The notes below the pieces were generated by a model. It was not told where the DNA came from, did no database searches, and saw only the letters and a program-made list of their open reading frames with translations. Of a stretch of 64,000 bases of DNA, positions 1 to 10,274 are shown one piece after another. Location: IMG/VR virus record IMGVR_UViG_3300010965_000427, positions 1-64,000 of that record. One strand, given 5' to 3'. Each line of letters begins with the position of its first letter. The first letter of the stretch is position 1. The translations under genes were made by a program, and so were the position numbers. Origin of the DNA: a virus.

Positions 1-231
1 ATTAGCGACGTTCAAATCGGCACGAAAATACCTGGTATTGTTACGAATGTTACCGATTTTGGTGCTTTCATAAATATTGGTATAAAAGAAAATGGATTGA
101 TTCATAAATCACATCTTTCAGAAAATTTTGTATCTGATCCTTCTCAGTTTATTTCTATTCACGAACATGTTTTTGTGGAAGTGTTAGATGTAGATCTAGA
201 ACGTAAACGAATTGATGAAAAAAAAGTATAA
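1..231 (+). CDS. C-terminal fragment of an S1 RNA-binding domain (Tex/YhgF-like); 5'-truncated by window
   Basis: Frame 1 reads ISDVQIGTKIPGIVTNVTDFGAFINIGIKENGLIHKSHLSENFVSDPSQFISIHEHVFVEVLDVDLERKRI, matching the S1 pattern GxVTNVTxFGAFVxIG..GLVHxSxL. Confidence 0.75.
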   Translation: MSDVQIGTKIPGIVTNVTDFGAFINIGIKENGLIHKSHLSENFVSDPSQFISIHEHVFVEVLDVDLERKRIDEKKV

Positions 232-421
232 ACATTAACTATTTATGCAATGAATTTAGATTTCGACGGTAATTTTTTTGGGGCCATAGTGTGAAAATGG
301 CAATGCGCTTTAAACGCAGGACTATAAATTACGTTTAGCTAGATGGCAAAAAACTTATAATCTGCCATAAATAGCCTTATTTTAAAACCTTTTTTTACTT
401 ACAGCCGCACGGTGTTTTCTT

Positions 422-958
422 ATGAACATTCTGAGTCTATCTAGAGCTTCGCAAGATTTTGTGACAGCCCTTTCTTTTAATAATAAAGCAAAAAGCTGCT
501 ATGTATCAATTGTGCTTGCTAAGTGCTTAATTGACCGAACCAGCATTCCTACAATTAAAGCAATTGTTCCTGTATATGAAAATGTGGTATTGAAAAATAC
601 ATTAATGGCCCCAGTTTGCCAAGCCGACAACGGAGCTATGTATTTTAAAACAAATATTGAATTAGACATTACGAGAAAATTAAGTTATTTAAACGAATGT
701 GTTTGCATAGACATAAAGGCTATAATCGATTATGCCCAAAAATTTTATTTGGCTAGACTAGCTATTATATATCCTTTGAAAACCATTAGAATTGCATCTG
801 CTCAAACTGCCATTGTGGATTTTTTTCAAATATCTCAAGCCATCGATGGCGCAACTTTAAAAGAAATAACTGACCACGAAACTGAAATTGCTTTGCTATA
901 TAACTCAGCTACACGTTTCTTCAATGAAAATATTCCTGCCTCTTCTGCTTTAATCTAG
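422..958 (+). CDS. hypothetical protein
   Basis: 178-aa ORF, co-oriented with next gene. Confidence 0.6.
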   Translation: MNILSLSRASQDFVTALSFNNKAKSCYVSIVLAKCLIDRTSIPTIKAIVPVYENVVLKNTLMAPVCQADNGAMYFKTNIELDITRKLSYLNECVCIDIKAIIDYAQKFYLARLAIIYPLKTIRIASAQTAIVDFFQISQAIDGATLKEITDHETEIALLYNSATRFFNENIPASSALI

Positions 959-970
959 AAGAGAAAAATA

Positions 971-1999
971 ATGACAAAAAATTGCCTTCCTTTAGATTTT
1001 GGGTTTAATATTGTTGATGAATCTGATTCAGCCGGCAAAATAGAAACGTTGCCATTTAAGCAAATAGAAGGAATTATTGAAAGAACTGCTAAAGAAGGAA
1101 ATAACCTTCGTATTTGTGCTGAAAGTTTAAATGATAAAATAACCCTATCAAAAGCCATTAAAGAAAGTCAATCTATTTGTATAGAAGAAGCGGAACTTAT
1201 TAGTTGTCAATATGAAGATTTCTTTAATGAAGAACGACCAAAGGCCGGTTTTAGTCAAACTAGTTCATTAGCTTTTTACTTACAATCGGTTAACTTTATA
1301 GAAAGAAAAATTAGCATAGAAGAAGCTGATTTCAGAAATAAAAGCAAATTATTTATTAAAGAAGCTAGCCAACAATTTTTATCTTTATCTGAATTATTTT
1401 TAAAGGATTATTTTTACCCAGTGCGTGAAGAATTAGAACATATCAAAACAATGCATACCGAAGAAATGAATAAATTACTTAATCGTAATAGCATAGTGCA
1501 AACTATCAATTTAAATTTTGTTAATTTAGTTAATGCTCCTTTTATAAATCTAAATAACGATAGTTTATTATTAACTGAAGAAACAAATAAAAGAAAAGCT
1601 TTCATTTTAATGTTATTAGAAATTTCTAATTTCATTAGGACTGAGTCATCTCAAACTTACATACTACCATTGCTTATTGCTAATGGGACGAATAAAACAA
1701 ATTTTGCAGAATTAATGTTTGTACAACTATTGCCCGTACAAAATGAAGAAATCTCATTAAAAAATGTAATCGCTTTTTATATTGAAACAAATTATGGCGA
1801 TTATCTTACATCAGTAGAAAAAAAATTAGAAAGTAGAATAGCAGTTTGGAACAATAATTTAAATGAAAGCAATATTTATAACGAAGAATGCGTGAGTGAT
1901 ATATCGGAATTATTAAATTATTTTAAAATATTTAGAAATTTATTATCTTTAAATGCATTAATGGAAAAACTTATAGTGGCTCATTCCTGTATTGAGTGA
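971..1999 (+). CDS. hypothetical protein
   Basis: 342-aa ORF ending at a hairpin terminator. Confidence 0.7.
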   Translation: MTKNCLPLDFGFNIVDESDSAGKIETLPFKQIEGIIERTAKEGNNLRICAESLNDKITLSKAIKESQSICIEEAELISCQYEDFFNEERPKAGFSQTSSLAFYLQSVNFIERKISIEEADFRNKSKLFIKEASQQFLSLSELFLKDYFYPVREELEHIKTMHTEEMNKLLNRNSIVQTINLNFVNLVNAPFINLNNDSLLLTEETNKRKAFILMLLEISNFIRTESSQTYILPLLIANGTNKTNFAELMFVQLLPVQNEEISLKNVIAFYIETNYGDYLTSVEKKLESRIAVWNNNLNESNIYNEECVSDISELLNYFKIFRNLLSLNALMEKLIVAHSCIE

Positions 2000-2017
2000 T
2001 TAAAAAAAATAAATTTA

Positions 2018-2063
2018 GAAGACCGCTAGCCAAAGCAGGCCAGCGGTCTTCCCATTGCTTTTT
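2018..2063. terminator. bidirectional intrinsic terminator
   Basis: GAAGACCGCT...AGCGGTCTTC inverted repeat between convergent genes, A-tract upstream and T-tract downstream. Confidence 0.7.
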
Positions 2064-4987
2064 TACGTGTAAGAAACAAATTTAACCACGATGTCTTCTA
2101 AAGCAATTAGTGTTCCATCTTCTTGAGCTAATAATTTTTTCTTTAATGTAAGTCTGTCTGATGGCTCTACTGTGCTAAGTGTTTCTAGATTGCTAGAGCC
2201 TCCAAGCCCTTCTACACGAATGCTTACAACGCTAGTCGAATATGCTTCTCTTAATGTGGATATTAACTCACTTATTGAAAGAGTGGATTTTAATATAAAA
2301 TCTTGAATTTTTGATTGGGCGGTGCTTTCTAATAACGCGCGAGCTTTGCTGTCTCTGTACAGCGAATCTGGAATATAAAGAGTGATTACAAACGCCTGCG
2401 CTGCGTTAATGAGCATCTCGTTTCCATCACCAACCGCTACTGTAATCAATCCATGCGATTTTTTTGGATGGAAATATATAGAAGTCTGTTCTAATAAATC
2501 TAGTTTTATATCAGATAATTTTTCAGTAATCCAAGAGACTAATGTAGAGACTACCTCTTTTGAGTAATCTTTATATCTAGTGTCCGTTACAAAATAATAA
2601 GGTCCTTCGATAAATAAAAGATCAACGTAGCGCAGAATTCCTTCTGGATGAGGACCAACGGGGTTTCCATCGACATCGTATATAACATCTCCTATGTGGT
2701 GTTCTATTATTGGGTTGCCATTTGCGTCTCTAACTACCTCTCCTTCTAAATGAAGAGTGGTGTAAACTAATTGATTATCTACGACTCTGAATGCAGTTCC
2801 TGTCACTGGGTCTCTTTCATAAACTTCGTTTGCATAACGAAGAGGCATGTCTTCCGTGTAAACATCGTAACCGGTTCCGGAAAAAATTGATCTAGATTGT
2901 GTCCATAATTGTTCAAGAGAGTTTCCAAATTGAAGTAATATTTTTTCGTGAGTAATAACCTCTGAGTTGTCTGGTAATAAAAATTTACCAAGTAATAGTG
3001 TTTCAGGTATAGGTGCAAAGTTTTCGGGTATGGAATGAGTTATATAAAAAAGTTCAAATTGTTGACTTAAAGTTGTTTTAGTAATTAAAAAATTATCAGT
3101 GTACATTTTAAAATTAGTTAACGACAGCCCATGATTTTCATCAATATCGTAATTAGTATCAAATAAGAATTCGTAAATTCTTTCTCCATCTGTTTTTCCA
3201 TACAAAGATCCATTTACATATGCTCTGGCGGTTTCACCAATTGGAATGTATGCTAATTGAACATTTAAAAATTCATCAGACATCGCCTTAAATAATTCGT
3301 CTGATTTTGTCAATATTCGCAATCGGAATCCAGTGTTTATCTTTTCTAAAGTATAACTTGATGTATTTACAGATAATTGAATTGAAGCATTAGAAGCAAG
3401 AAAATTAAAATTAGTGGCAATTGGATTGTCTAAATGGTAAGCTCTTAGCCTAAATTCACTGGAGGAGTTATCGAATACGTAATGGAACGGGCAATAAAAA
3501 AATGTTTTTGAATTTACAAATTCTGCAAGGTCGTAAGGACTTCTTTGTCTAATTATTTCAATATCAGCTTCTGTATATAACCTAAATTGCCCGTTAATCC
3601 ATTCAAATAAACAATTTGATAATAGAGTGACTCTATTTCCATTCGATCTAGCTACATCTTGTAGTCTAAGATTTTCCAACGAAATGCCGATAGACCCAAT
3701 TGTGAGTCCGGCTGGAGAATTTATTATAGAATTTGACGGCTGAGGTAAATTACGAGTGGCTATAAATATTCTATTGGTAATTAAATCAACGTGTTTAATG
3801 ATGTCAAAACCTAAAACTTGGCTTTGTGTTACAAATTGATTTGTGGTAATTGGTATTTGCCATTTACCAATTGAATTATTAATTACTCTATTTCTAAGAT
3901 CGGAAAAAGATATTCCATTAGAACCTCCGCTTACAATAGCGCTGGTAAAAGCCAGCATATTTGTATTTGACATTCCGTTTGTAAAAACATTATAATCATT
4001 TACTTCATCTATAGCTTTTAATTCAACAGAAAAAGCCGTTAATAAATAATTCGACATATTAGCATAAACTTCTCCTTTTGTTGTATACACATCTATTCTT
4101 ACAGATCCATCAATGAGGCCATTTGCTATATAAACCGGAGGGATATATATTTGAACTGCATTATCAATTACTTTAATAATAGCAGTTGGAGTGAATGGAT
4201 CGTAAACTTGATCGGTGTGGGTGGTTTTCATATCCGCCCATGTTGTTGGAGCAGATACAGGTTGATAAAATACGCGGCAATAATAAAATTGGTCTGTAAA
4301 TAAAATTTTATAATTAAATGCGCTAGATGTCACTACTGGATAATAAACTGTGGAAATATTAAATTGATAAAATTCTATATTAAAAAATAGCCATTTTACT
4401 CCATCTGAATCTGTTCTAATTTCATAGTCTACAATGTTACTTTTCAGTGCTTGTAATGGCGTAATTAATGCTCCATCGTATTCAACTTGAATTGTTCCTG
4501 ACGGATACCTTTTAATATCTACTGGGTATTGTAAACTAAAATTTAATGAATTAGCGCTAATAACAGTATTTCTAGGAATAGTAACCTTTATACAATTTTC
4601 TGCGGCAGAAGGCTGCATTTTATTTAAAAGATTTTCATATTGAATCATAAATGTAAATATGGCATTAGCCGGAGTAGCAAATCTATTTAAATAATCTACA
4701 TCTGACATATGGCGATATAATTCTTCTTCAGTTTGAGCTAATATTGGATACTGATTTCTTAAATAAGTCATAGCTTCAGTAATCGCGACAGCTGTATTTA
4801 CAGCAGATGCTTCTAATAAAAATACAAATGGATTTGTTGGGTCTACAATGTCCACTTGGCCATCTGTTACGGCCGCAAGATGATCTAAAATTATTCTTTG
4901 TATTTGAGACGGATTGTTCTTATATCTAGTTATGTTAGACATAAGGGAATTAGTTGAAATAAGCTTGTAAGATGTAATATCAGGCAT
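2063..4987 (-). CDS. virion structural protein, phiKZ gp87-like (possibly baseplate)
   Basis: 974 aa; N-terminal NPSxIQR...DPTNPFVFLLEAS...LYRHMSDxDY motifs as I recall them from this jumbo-phage family; synteny. Confidence 0.7.
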   Translation of the reverse strand: MPDITSYKLISTNSLMSNITRYKNNPSQIQRIILDHLAAVTDGQVDIVDPTNPFVFLLEASAVNTAVAITEAMTYLRNQYPILAQTEEELYRHMSDVDYLNRFATPANAIFTFMIQYENLLNKMQPSAAENCIKVTIPRNTVISANSLNFSLQYPVDIKRYPSGTIQVEYDGALITPLQALKSNIVDYEIRTDSDGVKWLFFNIEFYQFNISTVYYPVVTSSAFNYKILFTDQFYYCRVFYQPVSAPTTWADMKTTHTDQVYDPFTPTAIIKVIDNAVQIYIPPVYIANGLIDGSVRIDVYTTKGEVYANMSNYLLTAFSVELKAIDEVNDYNVFTNGMSNTNMLAFTSAIVSGGSNGISFSDLRNRVINNSIGKWQIPITTNQFVTQSQVLGFDIIKHVDLITNRIFIATRNLPQPSNSIINSPAGLTIGSIGISLENLRLQDVARSNGNRVTLLSNCLFEWINGQFRLYTEADIEIIRQRSPYDLAEFVNSKTFFYCPFHYVFDNSSSEFRLRAYHLDNPIATNFNFLASNASIQLSVNTSSYTLEKINTGFRLRILTKSDELFKAMSDEFLNVQLAYIPIGETARAYVNGSLYGKTDGERIYEFLFDTNYDIDENHGLSLTNFKMYTDNFLITKTTLSQQFELFYITHSIPENFAPIPETLLLGKFLLPDNSEVITHEKILLQFGNSLEQLWTQSRSIFSGTGYDVYTEDMPLRYANEVYERDPVTGTAFRVVDNQLVYTTLHLEGEVVRDANGNPIIEHHIGDVIYDVDGNPVGPHPEGILRYVDLLFIEGPYYFVTDTRYKDYSKEVVSTLVSWITEKLSDIKLDLLEQTSIYFHPKKSHGLITVAVGDGNEMLINAAQAFVITLYIPDSLYRDSKARALLESTAQSKIQDFILKSTLSISELISTLREAYSTSVVSIRVEGLGGSSNLETLSTVEPSDRLTLKKKLLAQEDGTLIALEDIVVKFVSYT

Positions 4988-4988
4988 A

Positions 4989-6074
4989 TCAGTCTCCTTC
5001 TTCGTAGAAAGTTTCTAATGTGGCATTTAATAACCCATTAGCTCTAAGTCTAGTGCTTCGTGTGTTGAAAAATTGTAAAGACACCCACCATTCTAACTCA
5101 TGTGTTTTTGGATTTATTCTTGGATAGCCACGATTATTAAAATATGGCAATAAAGGAGATGGAATCATCAGTAAACTTTGTTCTCTTCTTTGATCGTCCA
5201 TGGAAGGATTGAATACAACTACTGTTTTATTAAATTCATGAATCAAAATGTCGTCTTGATAAATTGCTCCGAGGGATTTAAATCTAATTACTATCTCCTT
5301 AGTTTGTTCATTGTATGGCGTTTCTGCGCTATAATCAAAATACTGGCCCATTGGAAGAGATATTGGAAAAGAAACTCCTGTGGCTGCAATTTTAGTAACT
5401 GTTTTTCTATGTTGGTCCAAAACTAAACGATATATTCTGGTATTATAATCTATTCGATTATTAACAATAAAATCAGGATAGGGAACAAGCGTTCCTTCAA
5501 AAACACTTGACTCGTAATTAGCCCAAATATAGAGCAGATATAAAATAGGGTCTCCTCTAGTATTTCTAAAGGTAGCATCCAAATCAAATTCTGAATAAAT
5601 TTTTGCAGTTCCGTCCACTTGAGAATAGTTTTCTTTATACAGCCCTTCTTTTGAACTAAATGTATCTACAGTTATATCTGGCCAGCCGCTAATGGATTTA
5701 AGATTATTTGTTAATGCAGGAATAAAACATTGCAAAGGGTCTACTATTGGGCATTTAAAAGAACTAGACGAGTTCGATCCTGAATACATAAGCCTAGGAT
5801 CAAGAGTGCACCTAGCAAACCTTTGTATACTTCTCTCATTACTGTTTAATAATTTATACATTATTCTTAAATTTCTAATGTTATCAGATGTTAAATTTAA
5901 TTGCGGCCTTACAAAAAATGTTAATCCATACAAATCTCTATTAGAAGGTATGATGCCAGTTATTTGTCTATGATTCACTCCGTATAAATTATTACCAATT
6001 GCCCTATCAATTGACCCCATTGGACTAGCTGCAAAATAATCGTCTAATGAAAATTCATTTAGTGGCGAGGGCAT
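4989..6074 (-). CDS. virion structural protein, phiKZ gp88-like
   Basis: GLTFFVRPQLNL, RCTLDP, SISGWPD, IDYNTRIYRLVLD motifs; adjacent to gp87-like gene. Confidence 0.7.
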   Translation of the reverse strand: MPSPLNEFSLDDYFAASPMGSIDRAIGNNLYGVNHRQITGIIPSNRDLYGLTFFVRPQLNLTSDNIRNLRIMYKLLNSNERSIQRFARCTLDPRLMYSGSNSSSSFKCPIVDPLQCFIPALTNNLKSISGWPDITVDTFSSKEGLYKENYSQVDGTAKIYSEFDLDATFRNTRGDPILYLLYIWANYESSVFEGTLVPYPDFIVNNRIDYNTRIYRLVLDQHRKTVTKIAATGVSFPISLPMGQYFDYSAETPYNEQTKEIVIRFKSLGAIYQDDILIHEFNKTVVVFNPSMDDQRREQSLLMIPSPLLPYFNNRGYPRINPKTHELEWWVSLQFFNTRSTRLRANGLLNATLETFYEEGD

Positions 6075-6119
6075 ATTTTATCCTGTTTTTTCTAAAAAAA
6101 GGTTAGGGGTTTTAAACGT

Positions 6120-7280
6120 ATGAACATAGCAAATACACTTCTTGAAACAATTCAGGCCGCTATCTTTACAAGAAAAATTAGCAAACAAACTTCATTAAGC
6201 GAAGTTTCTCGATCTGCAAGAGTGCAACCTCTTGTCATTATTTCGAAAGATTGCATTACCCTTGAAGTAATGGATGATTTATTACAATCTCTATTAAATG
6301 TTTTTATTGCATATTACTTACAAGCAGTTTCATTAATGACAACTGTAAATAGCGTTAAAGTGATTAAAATACTTGATCAATTTAGCCCTGATCGCAATCT
6401 TGATGGTTATTTTTTAGGAACAGAATCGCTAGAAAAGCCCTCAACGGCAAACGCTGATGAAACTCTGTTAATGTTGGATTCCTATCAATACACACTTCCA
6501 ACTAAAGGTAATGAAAGAGCGTACAATGCAGCTAGACTCTGCGGCATAGCGCAAGAAGACAAAGGACCTAACAAAAGCCCAATTAATGTTGTTACAGAAC
6601 AAACAAATTTGGTTGTCGGGAAATTAGTAAACGTCACCATTTCATCTGTTGAAACAAACCAAATTAATAATGCCAACGCAGCAACCGATCAGCCTAATAA
6701 ATCTGTAACAATTCCAGTCCTTTTCCAATTTGCTCCTGCCAGCTTACTGGCTAATTCAATTTTACATATTCTTGCATTTAAAACAGAAGATACTTCTTTA
6801 TTGGAAAGATACCATCTTTGGAGAGCCGGCAGGATTAGTTTTATTAGGGATCTTATTTTTTGCCAAGATCTAATAGATGAACATAAAAAAGAATTAATGC
6901 ACGATACAGACGGCATTTATTCTCAAATTATTGGCCGCGGTAACTCAGGAAAAATAATTGGCTTGCTTAGCCAGAAACCTTCATTAGCTTCGGCATCTAA
7001 TATTTTTATCATTTCGGAAGAAGTTGCTAAAGCTTTAGAACTTCGTCTTGGAGGAAAGCTTAGCGTAGCTGCCATTAGGCAAAAAGCATTTGAAAACACG
7101 TACGGCATGATATTGGTTATTATTGATAGAAATTATGAAAGAGTCACTATATATACCAGAGGAAATTCGGCCGCAACCGAATTAGGTTATCGGCAACTAT
7201 CTACATTAAATCGGCAAAAAGGAGGGCCGGACATTATGGATATTTTGAAAACTTTCTCCTTAGGCTCTTCGTTACTTTGA
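6120..7280 (+). CDS. internal head protein, phiKZ gp89-like
   Basis: Divergent from gp88-like gene; ERYHLWRAGRISFIRDLIFCQDLI motif; G/S/A-x-E protease sites. Confidence 0.7.
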   Translation: MNIANTLLETIQAAIFTRKISKQTSLSEVSRSARVQPLVIISKDCITLEVMDDLLQSLLNVFIAYYLQAVSLMTTVNSVKVIKILDQFSPDRNLDGYFLGTESLEKPSTANADETLLMLDSYQYTLPTKGNERAYNAARLCGIAQEDKGPNKSPINVVTEQTNLVVGKLVNVTISSVETNQINNANAATDQPNKSVTIPVLFQFAPASLLANSILHILAFKTEDTSLLERYHLWRAGRISFIRDLIFCQDLIDEHKKELMHDTDGIYSQIIGRGNSGKIIGLLSQKPSLASASNIFIISEEVAKALELRLGGKLSVAAIRQKAFENTYGMILVIIDRNYERVTIYTRGNSAATELGYRQLSTLNRQKGGPDIMDILKTFSLGSSLL

Positions 7281-7293
7281 CGGAAGGATTAAA

Positions 7294-8187
7294 ATGAATT
7301 TAACAAAATGGCTAGAAGGTCTGTTGCCTAGAATTGGAAAAGCAACGGTTTTAGAAGACTTAAGAATAACAGAAAAAGAATTTCTCGATACTGTTACGCC
7401 GTGTTACGCTCAGGCGGCAGAATATTTTAAAGTAGCCAAATTTAAGTCACCCGACGTTATTGCTCTTTCTAGCATCTTTTATAGAAATTATTCTAAACCG
7501 GCTTCTTCCGGAAAAGTTAATTTTATTTCGGAAATATCTGATCAAATTCCCACAATTTTAAAGAATTTAAATCATCTAGAAATTCAAATAGAAGACCTTT
7601 TTTCTAGAGATATAATAAGAGAAGGGCTATCCGTCAGAAAAGCAATTCTTTTATTACATGCGGAGAATATGTCAACGGTTTCTAGATTCTCCATTGATTT
7701 ACTTGATTATGTTTATCATAAAGAAATTGAGATGCAAACAAATTTGGCAGATAACGATATACTGCCAGTTACTGAAAAAAAAATGACTTCCGGCATTGGT
7801 CATTTTGCAAGATGTTTTTCACTATTAGCAATAAAACCAGAAAAGTTTATAAAAGAAATTGGCACGATACCAGATGTTGTCGTAAATCTTAAGAACGAGG
7901 CGGCTGTATTTTCTGCAAATAGCGCCAATCTCATTCATGCAAATGACGCTCTGTTGTTAGGGGGCGAAACTCTTAATCCTATTTACCATATTAGATTAAT
8001 AATTGCAGAATGGCAGGCAACCAGGTACAAGGCATATGGAGCTAAGAAAAAGCTGTTAGAACTTCGACTTTTAAATTTGAAAACAACATCTAGCGGGGAG
8101 CCAAATTTGGCTGTCCAAAAAGAAATTGAATACATGGAAGAAAGAATAAGGACTCTGGACTATCAAATGAAAAAAATGGAGTCTTAG
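7294..8187 (+). CDS. internal head protein, phiKZ gp90-like
   Basis: 297 aa, NPIYHIRL..AEWQ..RY motif, coiled-coil C-terminus; synteny. Confidence 0.65.
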   Translation: MNLTKWLEGLLPRIGKATVLEDLRITEKEFLDTVTPCYAQAAEYFKVAKFKSPDVIALSSIFYRNYSKPASSGKVNFISEISDQIPTILKNLNHLEIQIEDLFSRDIIREGLSVRKAILLLHAENMSTVSRFSIDLLDYVYHKEIEMQTNLADNDILPVTEKKMTSGIGHFARCFSLLAIKPEKFIKEIGTIPDVVVNLKNEAAVFSANSANLIHANDALLLGGETLNPIYHIRLIIAEWQATRYKAYGAKKKLLELRLLNLKTTSSGEPNLAVQKEIEYMEERIRTLDYQMKKMES

Positions 8188-8191
8188 AAAA

Positions 8192-8812
8192 ATGATTAGA
8201 AAATGCTTAATTCTTCAATCAGGATTCATCACGCCAGAATCAAACGATCTTATTAAATCGGATGACATATCTGCACAAGTAATAAATTCACATCTGAAAT
8301 TGGGAAAAGCTGTCCAGGAAAGATTATCTCCGTTTTTTTTTCATAGTGAATTAAATAATTTATTTGCATTGGAATCTACAAATTCAAATTCTATTAATAA
8401 TTTTAATTTTAGGGAAAGACTGTTAAAAGCATTTAAAGAAGCTATTCAGTTAACGTCATTTTTTGAATGGTGCCTCTTGCAGAAAGACACCCCCCATCTA
8501 ACTCTTGCCCACACAGAATTTATGCACGATACATTTCATTTTATTAATAATGGAGAAAGAAAAATTAGTATTGAATCATGGCTTCCAATGTTGGAAGCAC
8601 GTAGAATTCATCAGACCGATCCCGCCACAGTTTCCTTTCTTGATATATATTTTCGTACACAAATTCCTATTTATTTTAAATCTTATCTTAATGACTATCG
8701 CAACATCAATCCGCTATTAGTAAGATGGACTTCGCATGTTAACGGATTTAAAGATTTAATTTGTTTCTCAAAAATAGTTTTTGGTAAAACATATAGCCGC
8801 CGTATCTCTTAG
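8192..8812 (+). CDS. conserved jumbo-phage protein (gp91-like by position)
   Basis: 206-aa ORF in head operon. Confidence 0.5.
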   Translation: MIRKCLILQSGFITPESNDLIKSDDISAQVINSHLKLGKAVQERLSPFFFHSELNNLFALESTNSNSINNFNFRERLLKAFKEAIQLTSFFEWCLLQKDTPHLTLAHTEFMHDTFHFINNGERKISIESWLPMLEARRIHQTDPATVSFLDIYFRTQIPIYFKSYLNDYRNINPLLVRWTSHVNGFKDLICFSKIVFGKTYSRRIS

Positions 8813-8823
8813 GAATTAATAAA

Positions 8824-10185
8824 ATGAGAAAACTGCTTTTACTAGACATTGATGACAATCAAACTGACGTTCCATTAGAAACAGAAAGATTAGAGCAAAG
8901 ACGTTTGGAAGAAGCCTCAGGAAAAATAAAAGACGATCCTGATGCAATACAAGCGCCTCTTAATTTAGATGAAAATGAAAACGCTGTAGAAAGTAATAGT
9001 GTCGAAGAAGATAGTTCAGAAGATTCTTCAATTGCTAAAGAAGAATTATTTATAGAAAATGCATTTATAAATGTAGGAGTAAATGATCGAAAAGATCTTA
9101 ATGAACTCGTAGCTTTAGCTTCGTCTATAGCTACAGAAGATAATAAAGAAATACTCGAAGCTCTTTCTAGGCACGGGTTTAAATATGGAAAATTGGCAGT
9201 AACCCATTTATCAAAAATATTATTAAAAATTCTAAATGGAGTTTATAATGGTTTAATTAAATCTTTAGAAGCTCTAATTGCTTTTTCAAAAAAGAGAGAA
9301 ATTTCTTTTAATAAACATTTAGGAACAATAGATTCTTTATATAAAAAAGTACAAAAATTAGATCAAGAAAAAGAAATATTTGTGATTGTTAATATTTACG
9401 AAAAACCCACAATTGTCAGGAGTCTATGTATCGATGGATCAAAAAATTTAATTAGAAATATTAGAGTAGCCAAAACATTTTCAACATCTACAATAGAAGC
9501 TTTTTTGTCATATTCTATTGATTCATTAACAACTTTAAAAATAATCATTTCATTAGTTGTTAATGGAAAAATGAAAGATCCAGAAACAATTTTTGCACCA
9601 TCGCCAAATTTTAATGATTTTATGCCAACTAGTCTTAGCCAATATAAAATAAAAAATGGCAGTAAAATCAAAGTCCATCGGTATAAAAATAAGCTGCCAG
9701 GGAATATGGCAGCCATTTTGCATCTTCCTATATTCAATAAAAACAATGCAGCAGAGGAATTATCCGGATACTCAAAAAGTCAATTCTTTTTTGATTTAGA
9801 AATGGATAGAAATCAAATTACATCTGAAATAAATTATTCATCAAAAGCAGAATTAATTGCCTTACTGGACCTAGCTAAAGAAATTTGCCATGTAAGCCTT
9901 TCACACAAATCTAAATATAACCAATGCATTAATCATTATGAACAATTATCTCATGTCTATAAGAATTATATTGATATTATTTTAAACAAAGAATTTGATA
10001 TTACTATGCGTCAATCCATGATTGAAATTGTTAGCCCGGCTGTTTATTTCATAAGACACGTTTGTTTATTTGGTACTGTTAAAATAGACGATTACATAGG
10101 GCATTTATTAAAAGATCTTTTTCAATATATCAACGATAATATTAACCACTGGAATAATCTAAATATTAATAAAAATAAGACTTAG
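8824..10185 (+). CDS. internal head protein (gp92-like)
   Basis: Acidic N-terminal propeptide with A-x-E sites (IAKEE, IATED); synteny. Confidence 0.55.
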   Translation: MRKLLLLDIDDNQTDVPLETERLEQRRLEEASGKIKDDPDAIQAPLNLDENENAVESNSVEEDSSEDSSIAKEELFIENAFINVGVNDRKDLNELVALASSIATEDNKEILEALSRHGFKYGKLAVTHLSKILLKILNGVYNGLIKSLEALIAFSKKREISFNKHLGTIDSLYKKVQKLDQEKEIFVIVNIYEKPTIVRSLCIDGSKNLIRNIRVAKTFSTSTIEAFLSYSIDSLTTLKIIISLVVNGKMKDPETIFAPSPNFNDFMPTSLSQYKIKNGSKIKVHRYKNKLPGNMAAILHLPIFNKNNAAEELSGYSKSQFFFDLEMDRNQITSEINYSSKAELIALLDLAKEICHVSLSHKSKYNQCINHYEQLSHVYKNYIDIILNKEFDITMRQSMIEIVSPAVYFIRHVCLFGTVKIDDYIGHLLKDLFQYINDNINHWNNLNINKNKT

Positions 10186-10274
10186 GCTATAAAAGATGTA
10201 ATATTATGGACGTATTGGATTAAATTCAATAGCGTTCACCACCGGTGTTTTTTTCTCTGTTTGAGGCTACGAAG

